From a virus (Duplodnaviria > Caudoviricetes): a stretch of DNA of 64,000 bases. Position 1 is the stretch's first letter; each line of letters begins with the position of its first letter. Below are positions 36,497-45,922 of this stretch, piece by piece. Below the pieces are notes generated by a model. It worked only from the letters and a program-made list of their open reading frames with translations. It ran no database searches and was not told the DNA's origin. A program made the position numbers and the translations under genes. The DNA lies in the IMG/VR virus record IMGVR_UViG_3300028048_001915, positions 1-64,000 of that record; one strand, given 5' to 3'.

Positions 36497-37648
36497 TTAT
36501 AATAATGATTTAATCAAGTCTTCTTTGGTTTGTTTAGCAACTAACATTTCAGCTGCTTCACGACTTGTGAATTGGTCTTTTTTAGAATCATTATCTTGGG
36601 TTTTCACAGTATCTTCATCATATTGGAACTCAGGGTCACGTTTATCAGATAAATCTTTAAATAATTTACCCATTTGTTCTGATACTGCTTTGTCAACAGT
36701 TGATTTAACTGTTTCAGTTACATCTACTTCTGGAATCATTTCTTTGATTTCAGATTTCATAGATTCTAATTCAGAATGGAATAATCCTTTAATATCATCT
36801 AATGCGATAGATTTTTCTTCCTCAGGTTTTTCCTCTTCTTCATCTACTTCTGCTTCAGGAGTTTCTTCAACTTCTTCCTCAGGTTTTTCCTCTTCTTCTT
36901 CAGATGCAGATTTAATAGCATCTTTAACAATTTTTTCTAATTGTTTAGAAACTGATTGAACAGTATCATTTTTAATTTCCTCTTTCATAGGAATTAATGC
37001 TTCATTGATTAAATCCTTAACATCTTCTTTAGTTAAAGTTTCTATTTCATTTTCGGCCATATTATCAACCTCATTTTTCATAATTGTATAACATGCACCA
37101 GTCAAACAAGTAGATTTAACTAATCCTTTGCTTGTAGTGATGGTTCCATAGGTGTCCCAGTTAGCAGGCATACCTGTTAAGGAGATTTCACGTAAGGTGA
37201 TGTCTTTAATTTCCCACCCACCATCTTCAAGTTGGGTGTGTTCAGTTACTCTCCCTCCAATAGACAATCCGAGTTTAACTCCAATATCTAACATGTCTCT
37301 GATTTCATTGGCATATTTCGGCAATATTTTAGCTTTAATTCTTAAAGAATAAGCATCAGTATCTATTACCCCAGTGATTGCTCCAATGATACCATCGAAC
37401 AATCCATACCAATGATCACCATGCAAGTTTAAACCTGCTTGCAATTGTCTTTTCATTGACTCAATTGCAGATGGAGTTACTATGTCATCTTGAAGGTCTT
37501 TATTTGTTGTTGAAGCTATTCCTTCTATTGTTAATGAACCGTCCTCATTGAGAGTATAACTTTTTGTGGTGTCCGGATAGATTTGAGGACGTGCATAGAG
37601 TTGGAATTGCTTATCTAAGACTTCAGTTGTCATAATATTTGTTTCCAC
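36497..37648 (-). CDS. Prohead protease with acidic scaffold C-terminus
   Basis: IEGIASTTNKDLQDD...LHGDH...GLSIGG...EISLTGMPAN motifs. Confidence 0.85.
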   Translation of the reverse strand: METNIMTTEVLDKQFQLYARPQIYPDTTKSYTLNEDGSLTIEGIASTTNKDLQDDIVTPSAIESMKRQLQAGLNLHGDHWYGLFDGIIGAITGVIDTDAYSLRIKAKILPKYANEIRDMLDIGVKLGLSIGGRVTEHTQLEDGGWEIKDITLREISLTGMPANWDTYGTITTSKGLVKSTCLTGACYTIMKNEVDNMAENEIETLTKEDVKDLINEALIPMKEEIKNDTVQSVSKQLEKIVKDAIKSASEEEEEKPEEEVEETPEAEVDEEEEKPEEEKSIALDDIKGLFHSELESMKSEIKEMIPEVDVTETVKSTVDKAVSEQMGKLFKDLSDKRDPEFQYDEDTVKTQDNDSKKDQFTSREAAEMLVAKQTKEDLIKSLL

Positions 37649-37682
37649 AATCTAATTTTTTTTACATACTATTTTTTTTAAA

Positions 37683-37752
37683 TGGTTAGTGGGTTTCAGG
37701 GTTTGAACCTGTATTTTTTTTAAAAAATGAAGATTAATTTTTTTTAACCCAC
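37683..37752 (-). ncRNA. tRNA-like element A (acceptor stem + T-arm)
   Basis: GTGGGTT...(A/T-rich insert)...CAGG-TTCAAAC-CCTG-A-AACCCAC-TAACCA. Confidence 0.45.
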
Positions 37753-37779
37753 ATGCAAAAAAGGAATAAAAAAGTATAT

Positions 37780-37832
37780 CTTATTTTTAATTTTAGGGGA
37801 GGACCACCTCTCCCTAAAATATTAAAAATAAG
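37780..37832. other. Long imperfect inverted repeat
   Basis: CTTATTTTTAATTTTAGGGGAGG-ACCA-CCTCTCCCTAAAATATTAAAAATAAG. Confidence 0.7.
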
Positions 37833-38093
37833 AAAAATTTTGTTTTAAAACACATACATAGAGAGATATTTTAAAAAATGAAAAAATCGCACAAAAAAAA
37901 ATTATTCATTTTTTTTATAGTGTTTCTTCTTTTATTTTTTTTTTTATTTTAGCAAAAAAATATGGTAAACAATGAACAGGGTTTTTTTTTAGAGATAATA
38001 AAAGAACCTGTCTTTTGTTTTTGGTTTTAGTTAATGTTTTTTTTTTGGCATTAATAAAGGAAGTGAAAAAAATGCATTAACCTATTTTTAAAC

Positions 38094-38139
38094 GGTAGGT
38101 GGGATTTAGGAATCGAACCTAAACAAAGATGTTCCCACC
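38094..38139 (-). ncRNA. tRNA-like element B (minihelix: 7-bp acceptor + T-arm, no D or anticodon arm)
   Basis: GGTGGGA-ACATCTTTG-TTTAGG-TTCGATT-CCTAAA-TCCCACC-T; canonical G-TTCGA-C T-loop. Confidence 0.6.
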
Positions 38140-38362
38140 ATTAGTGACAAATAATAAAATATTTTTTTTTGATAAGGGAGAAAAAAAAGAAAGGAGGAAA
38201 AAATATAATTTAATAAAAATTGAAAAAAATAATTAATGGCTGAGCTATGTGTAAAAGAATAAGTTTTTCAAATTTTTTTTATTATTTTCTTTTCTTTTTT
38301 AAAACTCCCAAAATATGGTGACATAATATGAAAACTAAATATTTTTATAAAAAAAATTAAAA

Positions 38363-38614
38363 TTAAGTTGTCATAACTGAATCTTCAGTAATAATATTTA
38401 AAACTTCAAATATATCTTCAAAATAAGCTCCAAAAGTATATCTTTCACCATCAAAAGTGATAAGGACATTTCTAAGTTCATCCTTAAAAGTCCATTTATG
38501 AACATTATCTTCTAAAGAATATTCTGCATCTTGCCAATAATCATCTATCATATTATATGATAACCATTCAGGGCATGTGATGTTTTCTTTATCAAATAAT
38601 TCTTTAACAAACAT
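38363..38614 (-). CDS. Small acidic protein; candidate immunity protein (start revised to 38614)
   Basis: GAGGA SD then ATG 38614 (MFVKELFDKENITCPEW...); directly follows the MuF gene. Confidence 0.55.
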   Translation of the reverse strand: MFVKELFDKENITCPEWLSYNMIDDYWQDAEYSLEDNVHKWTFKDELRNVLITFDGERYTFGAYFEDIFEVLNIITEDSVMTT

Positions 38615-38618
38615 AAAA

Positions 38619-40457
38619 TTATTCCTCATTAAATTTTTTAGTGAAATATTCATAATGTTTTGGATATAATTGTTTATATTCTTCAAAGTTAATATCTTTT
38701 GTTATTTTGCCTTCATCAGCATAATATTGGATTGTAATCTTTTTCTTTTGTTCAGTAGGATTTGCTAACATATAACTAATATATCCACCATGTTCAGCAT
38801 AAGATTCTTCTCTTGCAGTATTTGCATACCATGTGAAACCAGGTAAATCATCTTTATTTTCTGATTTCAAATGAATCTTAGAATATTCATCAGTATAGCA
38901 ATTTCTAATATGATTATTATCATCCCACTCTTTTTTTGTCTGATCCATACTATGAGTGAATTCATGATGAATAGTTTTTTTCCAGGAAGTTATCATATCC
39001 TCTTCTTGATTCCACAAGAAAGCATATCTTCCTTTACCTCCACCTTTGAAGTATTTAGGATTAATCACAATCCTATGATTGAAATCTTCTTGTTCTGGAA
39101 CAAAACGTTTACTTGCCATTTGCGAGTATGAATTATATCCTGCAGTTGTTTGGTCAAAAGAATCATAACCAGATTTAGTTGGCCTATGAATAATACCTTG
39201 ACTAGTATTTTTAAACCATATTTCACGAGTTTCATTTCTTAAAACTAGAGGTACTTTGAATACTTCATGTATAATCTCGTTTGGAGTAGCTATTCCTTTT
39301 TTTAAATATGATTTAACCGCACCTTCTTCAAAACGTAACACAAAGTCACGTCCATCATCAAAGGTTTCTACAAATTTATGGTATTTTTTACCATCATAAT
39401 CATAAGTTTCTAATCCTTGATAATCAATACCATGGAATTTAGCTAATTCATCGAAAGTGAAATTGTTTAATTGTTCTAATGATAAGCTTTCATTTAATAT
39501 TACTGATGGTGTATCTTGTGGTGGAGTATTAGTGAATACTTGTTCCCAATCATTGATTGGTGTTAAGTTAACAGTGAATGGAACATTCTCTGATGGCTTA
39601 ACCTTACTCTCCCAAACAGACAAGTAAGTGCAACGGCAATGAGGATGAAACGGTGGATAAGCACCACCTTTAATCAAATCACGAATATTATGAACTCTCT
39701 CATCACCACGATTCTCAAAGATAATCTTATCATCTTTATTAAACTCATAAGCATATCGTAAACATAAAGTACAAACATTATCATCTTCAGCAGTTAACAA
39801 TTTAACTTCTGTATAACCCTCATTAACATAAGACTGTAATATACCAGTATTTTGTATACGGCTTATTTCAGTACGAGCTATCATTGTAGCTCTTTGTCTT
39901 GGAGTGAATGTACTTCCAGGTAATTGAGTAACACCTAACTCTAATAATTTAGGTGCAAGACTTAAAGGATTCTCGCCTTCAATAGCTGCACGAGTCAATC
40001 TATTCTTGATGGCTCCTCTTAAATCATCATTTAATCTTTGAATCAGACCATAATTATAATTTCGTGCAAATGCAAAAGCTAAACGGTCAGTGTCAGTGTA
40101 TCTTAAATGTTCGGCAATGTTACTATATCCTTTGGCTTTACCATAATCATATATTTCTTGGAGTAATCCATCAATAGTTTCATATTTACCTGATAATATG
40201 TTATCCCATTCTTCATCCAATGACTCCCATATTTCTTGTTGGTAATATGCTTCGTTGAAGAAGAATTCTTTAGCTTCAGGACTATCAATCCATTTTACAC
40301 TGGCTTGTAATGTATCATCTATTTGTTGTGAGATTAATCTGTAATATTTCATTAGTTGGATATTATCTTTTAGACTTTTTTCCGTGAACTCTTCCTCGAG
40401 TTCTAGGTCTTCAATTAGTAATTGGTTGGTTAATATCCTATCTTCTGATGAAATCAT
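38619..40457 (-). CDS. MuF / SPP1 gp7-like head morphogenesis protein with C-terminal HExxH metallopeptidase-like extension
   Basis: RATMIARTEISR...DDNVCTLC...PPFHPHCRC (MuF) followed by about 330 aa containing IHHEFTHSMD and REESYAE. Confidence 0.8.
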   Translation of the reverse strand: MISSEDRILTNQLLIEDLELEEEFTEKSLKDNIQLMKYYRLISQQIDDTLQASVKWIDSPEAKEFFFNEAYYQQEIWESLDEEWDNILSGKYETIDGLLQEIYDYGKAKGYSNIAEHLRYTDTDRLAFAFARNYNYGLIQRLNDDLRGAIKNRLTRAAIEGENPLSLAPKLLELGVTQLPGSTFTPRQRATMIARTEISRIQNTGILQSYVNEGYTEVKLLTAEDDNVCTLCLRYAYEFNKDDKIIFENRGDERVHNIRDLIKGGAYPPFHPHCRCTYLSVWESKVKPSENVPFTVNLTPINDWEQVFTNTPPQDTPSVILNESLSLEQLNNFTFDELAKFHGIDYQGLETYDYDGKKYHKFVETFDDGRDFVLRFEEGAVKSYLKKGIATPNEIIHEVFKVPLVLRNETREIWFKNTSQGIIHRPTKSGYDSFDQTTAGYNSYSQMASKRFVPEQEDFNHRIVINPKYFKGGGKGRYAFLWNQEEDMITSWKKTIHHEFTHSMDQTKKEWDDNNHIRNCYTDEYSKIHLKSENKDDLPGFTWYANTAREESYAEHGGYISYMLANPTEQKKKITIQYYADEGKITKDINFEEYKQLYPKHYEYFTKKFNEE

Positions 40458-40480
40458 AGAAAATCACTTATTATTTCTTT

Positions 40481-41806
40481 TTATATATTATATTCTTTAC
40501 CTAATCTTTCCATTAACAAAGCCTTTTTCAAAGCTTTAGCCTCAGTATCAGTATGAGGATTAATCAAAGTCGCATCCTCAACATTATCAATTGTAGGTGC
40601 TAAAGCAAACTGACTATAATTCATTGGCACATTACCCCAATCAACAGGGTCTAATCCATAATTGGATCTAACTTCATTAATATAAGTTGAACCATTTCTT
40701 AATTGCTTATCTTCAATCTCGGCACGGTTTAATTTATTCTCAGTATCCTCACGATTAAATTGGAATACTTCACTGAAACCACTACGGCCAAGACTTTTAT
40801 TAAACTGGTCTTCAATTACACGGGCCGTACCATTCAATACTTTTTGGAAGTCCTTGTTCTGTGATTCACCAGTACCCGAACCTAAAGAAGCGGTTTCGAT
40901 AATATCTACTTTTGCTGGTGGAACACCAAAGTTAACCAGGATAACATCACGACTATATTTCATCAAGTCCAGGAATTCCATGTCCCTGTTACTGTTAGAT
41001 GTTCGTAGGTAGTTAGCTGCTTGTAAGATTAAAGTACCTTTCTTATTTTTGTCTTCTTTTAATCTTTTACGGTTAGCTTCAACAGCTACTTGTCCTAAGT
41101 CTTTATCAAAAGTAATGATACCTCTTGGGTCTAAACCACTATTTTGAAAGATATTTTTATTATGGTCCTTACCTAAAATCTCTAAGGTAATATCTGCAGA
41201 TATTGAATCTATTAGACTGGTTCCCCATTTACTACCTTTTAATTCGATTTTAGGTTCGTAAATATGAATTAATTGGTCGGGTTCATATCTTATCTGGGTA
41301 TTTCTTATACCCCATTGATTAGTGTCAGGATCCCATCCAATTAATTCTGTTGGAATGAATTTTAACCCATTAGGTACGCGGTCAAATACTCTATCATGAT
41401 TAACTTCAATGAATGCATCGCCTGTGCATTTCCATGAAGGTAGTATTTGTTTGACTAAACTACTGAATGTAGCTTCATCATATAAACCTGATGGATGGTT
41501 GAATAAATTATTTAAATAGTTAACACGAGCAAAATCAACATAATCTGTTTGTGGATTGTTAATACTGAACCCATTGTTTAATAATTCATCACAGTAAACT
41601 CCACAGCATCTACGAACCCACGCATTGTAGTGGAATGCGTCATAGTACGTTTGTAGTAGGTTTATGCTTTTATCTTGATTAGGGAATGCCCATTTATATT
41701 CACGAATATATGATTCAAGTAAACTATTCATTTCTGGTTTTCTTAATAATGGTAGTTTATTTGATAATGAGTTAACTATTGATTTAGCTGTGTTAATTAT
41801 TCCCAT
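40481..41806 (-). CDS. Portal protein (HK97-like)
   Basis: WKCTGDAFIEV...LKFIP...DQLIHI...GTSLI...DMEFLDL....RDVILVNFGVPPAKV...INEVRSNYGLDPV. Confidence 0.9.
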   Translation of the reverse strand: MGIINTAKSIVNSLSNKLPLLRKPEMNSLLESYIREYKWAFPNQDKSINLLQTYYDAFHYNAWVRRCCGVYCDELLNNGFSINNPQTDYVDFARVNYLNNLFNHPSGLYDEATFSSLVKQILPSWKCTGDAFIEVNHDRVFDRVPNGLKFIPTELIGWDPDTNQWGIRNTQIRYEPDQLIHIYEPKIELKGSKWGTSLIDSISADITLEILGKDHNKNIFQNSGLDPRGIITFDKDLGQVAVEANRKRLKEDKNKKGTLILQAANYLRTSNSNRDMEFLDLMKYSRDVILVNFGVPPAKVDIIETASLGSGTGESQNKDFQKVLNGTARVIEDQFNKSLGRSGFSEVFQFNREDTENKLNRAEIEDKQLRNGSTYINEVRSNYGLDPVDWGNVPMNYSQFALAPTIDNVEDATLINPHTDTEAKALKKALLMERLGKEYNI

Positions 41807-41858
41807 AATCTTATTTCTCCTTCTCTTTTTCCTTATTTTTTTTATATTATTCTTTTTT

Positions 41859-43274
41859 TTATAAATCTACAATATCAAATACAATATCTCCAATAAAGTT
41901 ATCATTAAGATAGTTAAATATGTGTGAAGTAGCATCCACAATGTCGTCATTTTGACCATTAGGGAATGCTTTGAATTCATTAATGAATATTTGTCTTAAT
42001 TTATCGTCAGCTATATCAACATAGACTTCACCATCAAATATTTTATTTTTCAATGGTGTAGCACGGTCAGCTTTACTATTGTTAGGAACAGCTTTACCTC
42101 GTTCTACAAAGTAACCTATTAATTGCTCTTCCCATTCATCGAATAATATTTGGCCTGCAGCAGCCACTCCTGTTTCAATAACATTAATATTATCATGACC
42201 ATCAAAATGGACTTGATCTTTAACAGTATTTTTTGTATTTTTACCGAATTGACCATATAAGTAATCAGTGATTAATACACTTTTATTATCATCTAAAACA
42301 TACATTGGTACACCGGCGGTGTAATCGTTTTTACCAGGGTCGCTTGAAGCTATATCGTAACCCCGACCCATTTGTATAGTTTCCATATCTGGACGATACC
42401 AATGTATTTTACTTAAGTCAAAGAAGTCTGATGTATCATCGATTGGTTTCTGTTGGTAGATAGATTGGAATACTCTTTCACCAACGGATTCTCTTTTCTT
42501 TTCTAATACTTCTATACTGTATCTTTCCGGCCATAATGGAGTTCCATCATCTTTAATAGCAGCGAATTCTATGAAGTAGTAATCATCTGCACGATCTCTT
42601 TTGAATACTCCCTGCAGGTCTCCACTTGACCAGCGAGTATGGAGTAAAACAAGCTTCGTTTGGGGTTCGATACGTTGTTCTATGATTGTATCAAACCAAT
42701 CTACCTTTTTCTGCAATAATGTTGGGGTTATATCTTTAAAACCAGAATATATATCATCGAGAATTATGTAATCTGCATCTTGACCTGTGATTGAGCCGTC
42801 CGCTCCAACAAGTCTTATGCTTCCCTGATATAATGTACCTTCACGGTCACAGAACATTAAATGGTCTTTTGCATGTTTAATGTCTGATAAGTAAACATTG
42901 AAGTATTCACCATAACGGGCAACAGCTTCTTTTAATTGTATACCAAACTTTTCAGATAAAGTAGCTGAATTATTCACAATTAAAATATTCAAATCAGGGT
43001 CTTGGAATATTAACCATAATGGAAAAGCTAATGTAACCATACTTGACTTTGAGTGTCTTGGTGGCATTGCAACACATAAACGCTCAATATCACCTAGATA
43101 AACCATTGTCAATAATTCACTTAATTCATTAATATGATCTGCTTCAACAATATCTTTATATCGTGAAGCAATAAATGTCATGTAAAACTCATACAAATCA
43201 TCTAATATTTCCTCCCAATCATCCACCGTCAGATTTTGATTTGGATTTAGATTTTCTAAGCTTTCGTTTGGCAT
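41859..43274 (-). CDS. Terminase large subunit
   Basis: LCVAMPPRHSKS (Walker A), ITGQDADYIILDD (Walker B), LLHTRW, nuclease GYDIAS...FPNGQNDDIVDA. Confidence 0.92.
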   Translation of the reverse strand: MPNESLENLNPNQNLTVDDWEEILDDLYEFYMTFIASRYKDIVEADHINELSELLTMVYLGDIERLCVAMPPRHSKSSMVTLAFPLWLIFQDPDLNILIVNNSATLSEKFGIQLKEAVARYGEYFNVYLSDIKHAKDHLMFCDREGTLYQGSIRLVGADGSITGQDADYIILDDIYSGFKDITPTLLQKKVDWFDTIIEQRIEPQTKLVLLHTRWSSGDLQGVFKRDRADDYYFIEFAAIKDDGTPLWPERYSIEVLEKKRESVGERVFQSIYQQKPIDDTSDFFDLSKIHWYRPDMETIQMGRGYDIASSDPGKNDYTAGVPMYVLDDNKSVLITDYLYGQFGKNTKNTVKDQVHFDGHDNINVIETGVAAAGQILFDEWEEQLIGYFVERGKAVPNNSKADRATPLKNKIFDGEVYVDIADDKLRQIFINEFKAFPNGQNDDIVDATSHIFNYLNDNFIGDIVFDIVDL

Positions 43275-43845
43275 TTAATCTCTCACGAATCTTATTAGTA
43301 TCAAATAATTGACTTAAATCATTCATATTATTCTCAACATTAACTTCAACATTATTCTCTTGACTTTTAATGAAATCCAAATACAATTTTTGTGCATTAC
43401 GTTTTTCACTAGCAACATCTTTCCAGGAAGTATTTGAATCAGGGTCATCAGCTTCAGATTCCATCTTACGAACTGCATCAGGATAATCACGACTAACATC
43501 AAGCAAACCTTGAATTTGTTCCGCAGTAGCTTCAGCTATTCCTCTACCAATAACGGTTCCTTCCTGAATAGCAGCAGCTCTATCCGTAACATGTTTTTTT
43601 TCAATGGATTTCTTTTCATTATCCACAGGGTTTTCATGTTTCTTTTTAAGATTAACATCCGCTATATCCAAAGCTTCTGCTTCAAGATTATCTTTCTTAT
43701 ATCTGCTAATCGCACCATGACCAATGTCTTCATTATATTCCTTTTTCAACCAACGAGATATTTCACGTGAAGACTTACCCTCACGAATCTTATCCATGAT
43801 TTCATTATAATGAATTGATTGTGCTACTTTACTTTTTGGTGGCAT
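43219..43845 (-). CDS. Terminase small subunit (putative)
   Basis: N-terminal HTH-like segment; overlaps the TerL start. Confidence 0.7.
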   Translation of the reverse strand: MPPKSKVAQSIHYNEIMDKIREGKSSREISRWLKKEYNEDIGHGAISRYKKDNLEAEALDIADVNLKKKHENPVDNEKKSIEKKHVTDRAAAIQEGTVIGRGIAEATAEQIQGLLDVSRDYPDAVRKMESEADDPDSNTSWKDVASEKRNAQKLYLDFIKSQENNVEVNVENNMNDLSQLFDTNKIRERLNAKRKLRKSKSKSKSDGG

Positions 43846-43961
43846 GGTTATCTACATCCGAAGACTATTTTTCTAATGTTTTGTTTTGTTTCATTTGTTC
43901 CGGAACAATAATGTTCTGTTTCGAAACACTGTTGCGAAACAGGTAAAAAGAATATTAAATT

Positions 43962-44336
43962 TTAATGCACTAATTGGAAATATATATTCACAGCAATAGT
44001 TATTACAGTGAATATTGCACCTAAAATTAGCATTTGATTATTAAAACGTCTTTGGTCATCTTTCTCTTTATCTTTAATGCTATCTTTCAAGTTTTGATAA
44101 TCTGTTTCAATTGTTTTTAATCGGAGTTCTAATTCAACATCTCCTTTATTTGAATCTACTTTGAAATCATTGAAACCTTGAACTAAGATATCTAATTTTT
44201 TATCCATTTCATTCATCTTAGTATTCAATTCATCAATCCTCTTTTCCTTATAATCTGCACGAGCTTCTAACTCAGCAGTTTTTCGACTAATGCCTTGAAT
44301 TTGTTCTTCATGTATACAGTTATGTTCAGTATGCAT
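43962..44336 (-). CDS. Coiled-coil protein with C-terminal transmembrane helix (lysis accessory/holin-like)
   Basis: SD GGGTGAAG then MHTEHNCIHEEQI...; C-terminal MLILGAIFTVITIAVNIYF. Confidence 0.55.
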   Translation of the reverse strand: MHTEHNCIHEEQIQGISRKTAELEARADYKEKRIDELNTKMNEMDKKLDILVQGFNDFKVDSNKGDVELELRLKTIETDYQNLKDSIKDKEKDDQRRFNNQMLILGAIFTVITIAVNIYFQLVH

Positions 44337-44634
44337 CTTCTTCACCCACTGCATCACTGGTATTAATACTATCATATCCTGCAGCAGGATCAACTGTTTC
44401 ATTTAACTTCGCTTCATAATTTTCAATTGCCATTTGTTCAGCCACATCAACACGTGTGTTTTCTGTTGATTGAACTATAATGTAACCTGCAATCCATACT
44501 ATGAATGGTGCTAAGTATGCGAATTGTTCGGGGAGTATTTGTGCTAATGCATCTTTCCCTAAATATGATATTGCTCCTGCGATGAATACTATTGCATTCG
44601 CTGCTTTACTTTTATATTTATATGTTTGTGTCAT
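44326..44634 (-). CDS. Holin-like membrane protein
   Basis: Two hydrophobic helices (AANAIVFIAGAISYLG; FAYLAPFIVWIAGYIIV) and a charged C-terminus. Confidence 0.55.
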   Translation of the reverse strand: MTQTYKYKSKAANAIVFIAGAISYLGKDALAQILPEQFAYLAPFIVWIAGYIIVQSTENTRVDVAEQMAIENYEAKLNETVDPAAGYDSINTSDAVGEEDAY

Positions 44635-44666
44635 TGGATGATGGTCTCCTTTAAATTTTATATTTT

Positions 44667-44847
44667 GATTGGTGATGTCAGGGTTTGCACCTGATTATAT
44701 TTGAAAAAAGAGAGAGAAAAAAAATTTTAATCTAAAATTTATAAGTCTACAGGAAAATTAATTTTTTGAATGAAATCTAAAAAAAGATATTGTTACCCAT
44801 TATTTTTTTAACACCTTTCACCAACCCTCTTTTTTTTATACATCACC
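44667..44847 (-). ncRNA. tRNA-like element C (possible)
   Basis: TCAGG-TGCAAAC-CCTGA-CATCACC-A at 44694-44670; complementary GGTGATG at 44847-44841. Confidence 0.3.
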
Positions 44848-44857
44848 ATATCCATTT

Positions 44858-45070
44858 TTATATGATTAGGATTTTATATGGATAATCCGCTTTTCTTAAT
44901 CCAACATATTCTATTGATGCACGGGTTACTAATCCGCATTCTGTACAATAATCTAGGCAGTGTTCTTCATTATGGATTACTCTGCCTTTGCATTCTGGAC
45001 ATTTGTCGAAGTTGAGCTCTGCTCTTATTATCTTCGCTCTTTTAAGCGGTTTTGATGTTATGGGTTTCAA
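44858..45070 (-). CDS. TFIIB-type zinc-ribbon protein
   Basis: CPECKG...YCTECGLV. Confidence 0.7.
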   Translation of the reverse strand: MKPITSKPLKRAKIIRAELNFDKCPECKGRVIHNEEHCLDYCTECGLVTRASIEYVGLRKADYPYKILII

Positions 45071-45922
45071 TGTTATCCTTCTCTATTATACTATAGTAAT
45101 TAGTCGCAACATTCTGGAATAGTAAAGTATAAAAAAGTAACTTTTCATTATATATTAATTGGAAGAGGAAAAAAATAGGAAAAATATTTTTAATATTTTT
45201 TTTTAGGATTTTCTTTTCCTATTGTGTTCACTATATGAGAAATGAAGTGTTATTCCCCTCAATTTTATGTTGAGGGGGGTAGAGTTTTATTCTATGTTTT
45301 GGAGGAAAAAATTTTGGATAAAATGAGATAAGTGAAGGAAAAAAAATGTTTTTTTTATGATAGGAGGTTATTTTTTTTACTTTTTTTAATATTACATTCT
45401 GTGTATATGTTTTTTAAAAAAAATGGTGTGGTATCTTAATTATATTTAAAGATGACTTTCTTATGGAAATATTATATTTTTTTTTTACAAGTTTTATCTC
45501 TTTTAATTCAATTTTTTTCTCTTAAAATAGAATAAAAAAAATAGAATATTTGGCACCTAATTTGGTGCTGAAGAGTACTTTGAAAACATTTAAATATATG
45601 TTTTTATAAATATTTATACATAAACTTAATACTAGTATACTGTTTATGTGTTTCTGTTGTTTGTCTTATTATCAACTGCCATTGGTAATAAGATCCAACA
45701 TTCTATTTATGAAATCTTATTTTTTTAAAATTTCCATATTTAAATATAATCTTATTTTACTCAAATAATAAAAAAATAGAATATTTGTTTAGCATTTTTG
45801 ATTTTATTAGTAATTTTTTCTAAAAATAGTATTCATAATAAAGTAATAATAAAAAAAATTGTTTTTAATTTGAATGGTTTTATACTCTACTTTTTTTGGA
45901 AAAAAATATTATGCTTTTATTC

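Noticed and set aside
37683-38139. Canonical tRNA genes or a tRNA-derived att site
   Set aside because: No D-arm or anticodon arm can be folded, and the elements lie mid-operon with no duplicated copy at a provirus boundary in this window.
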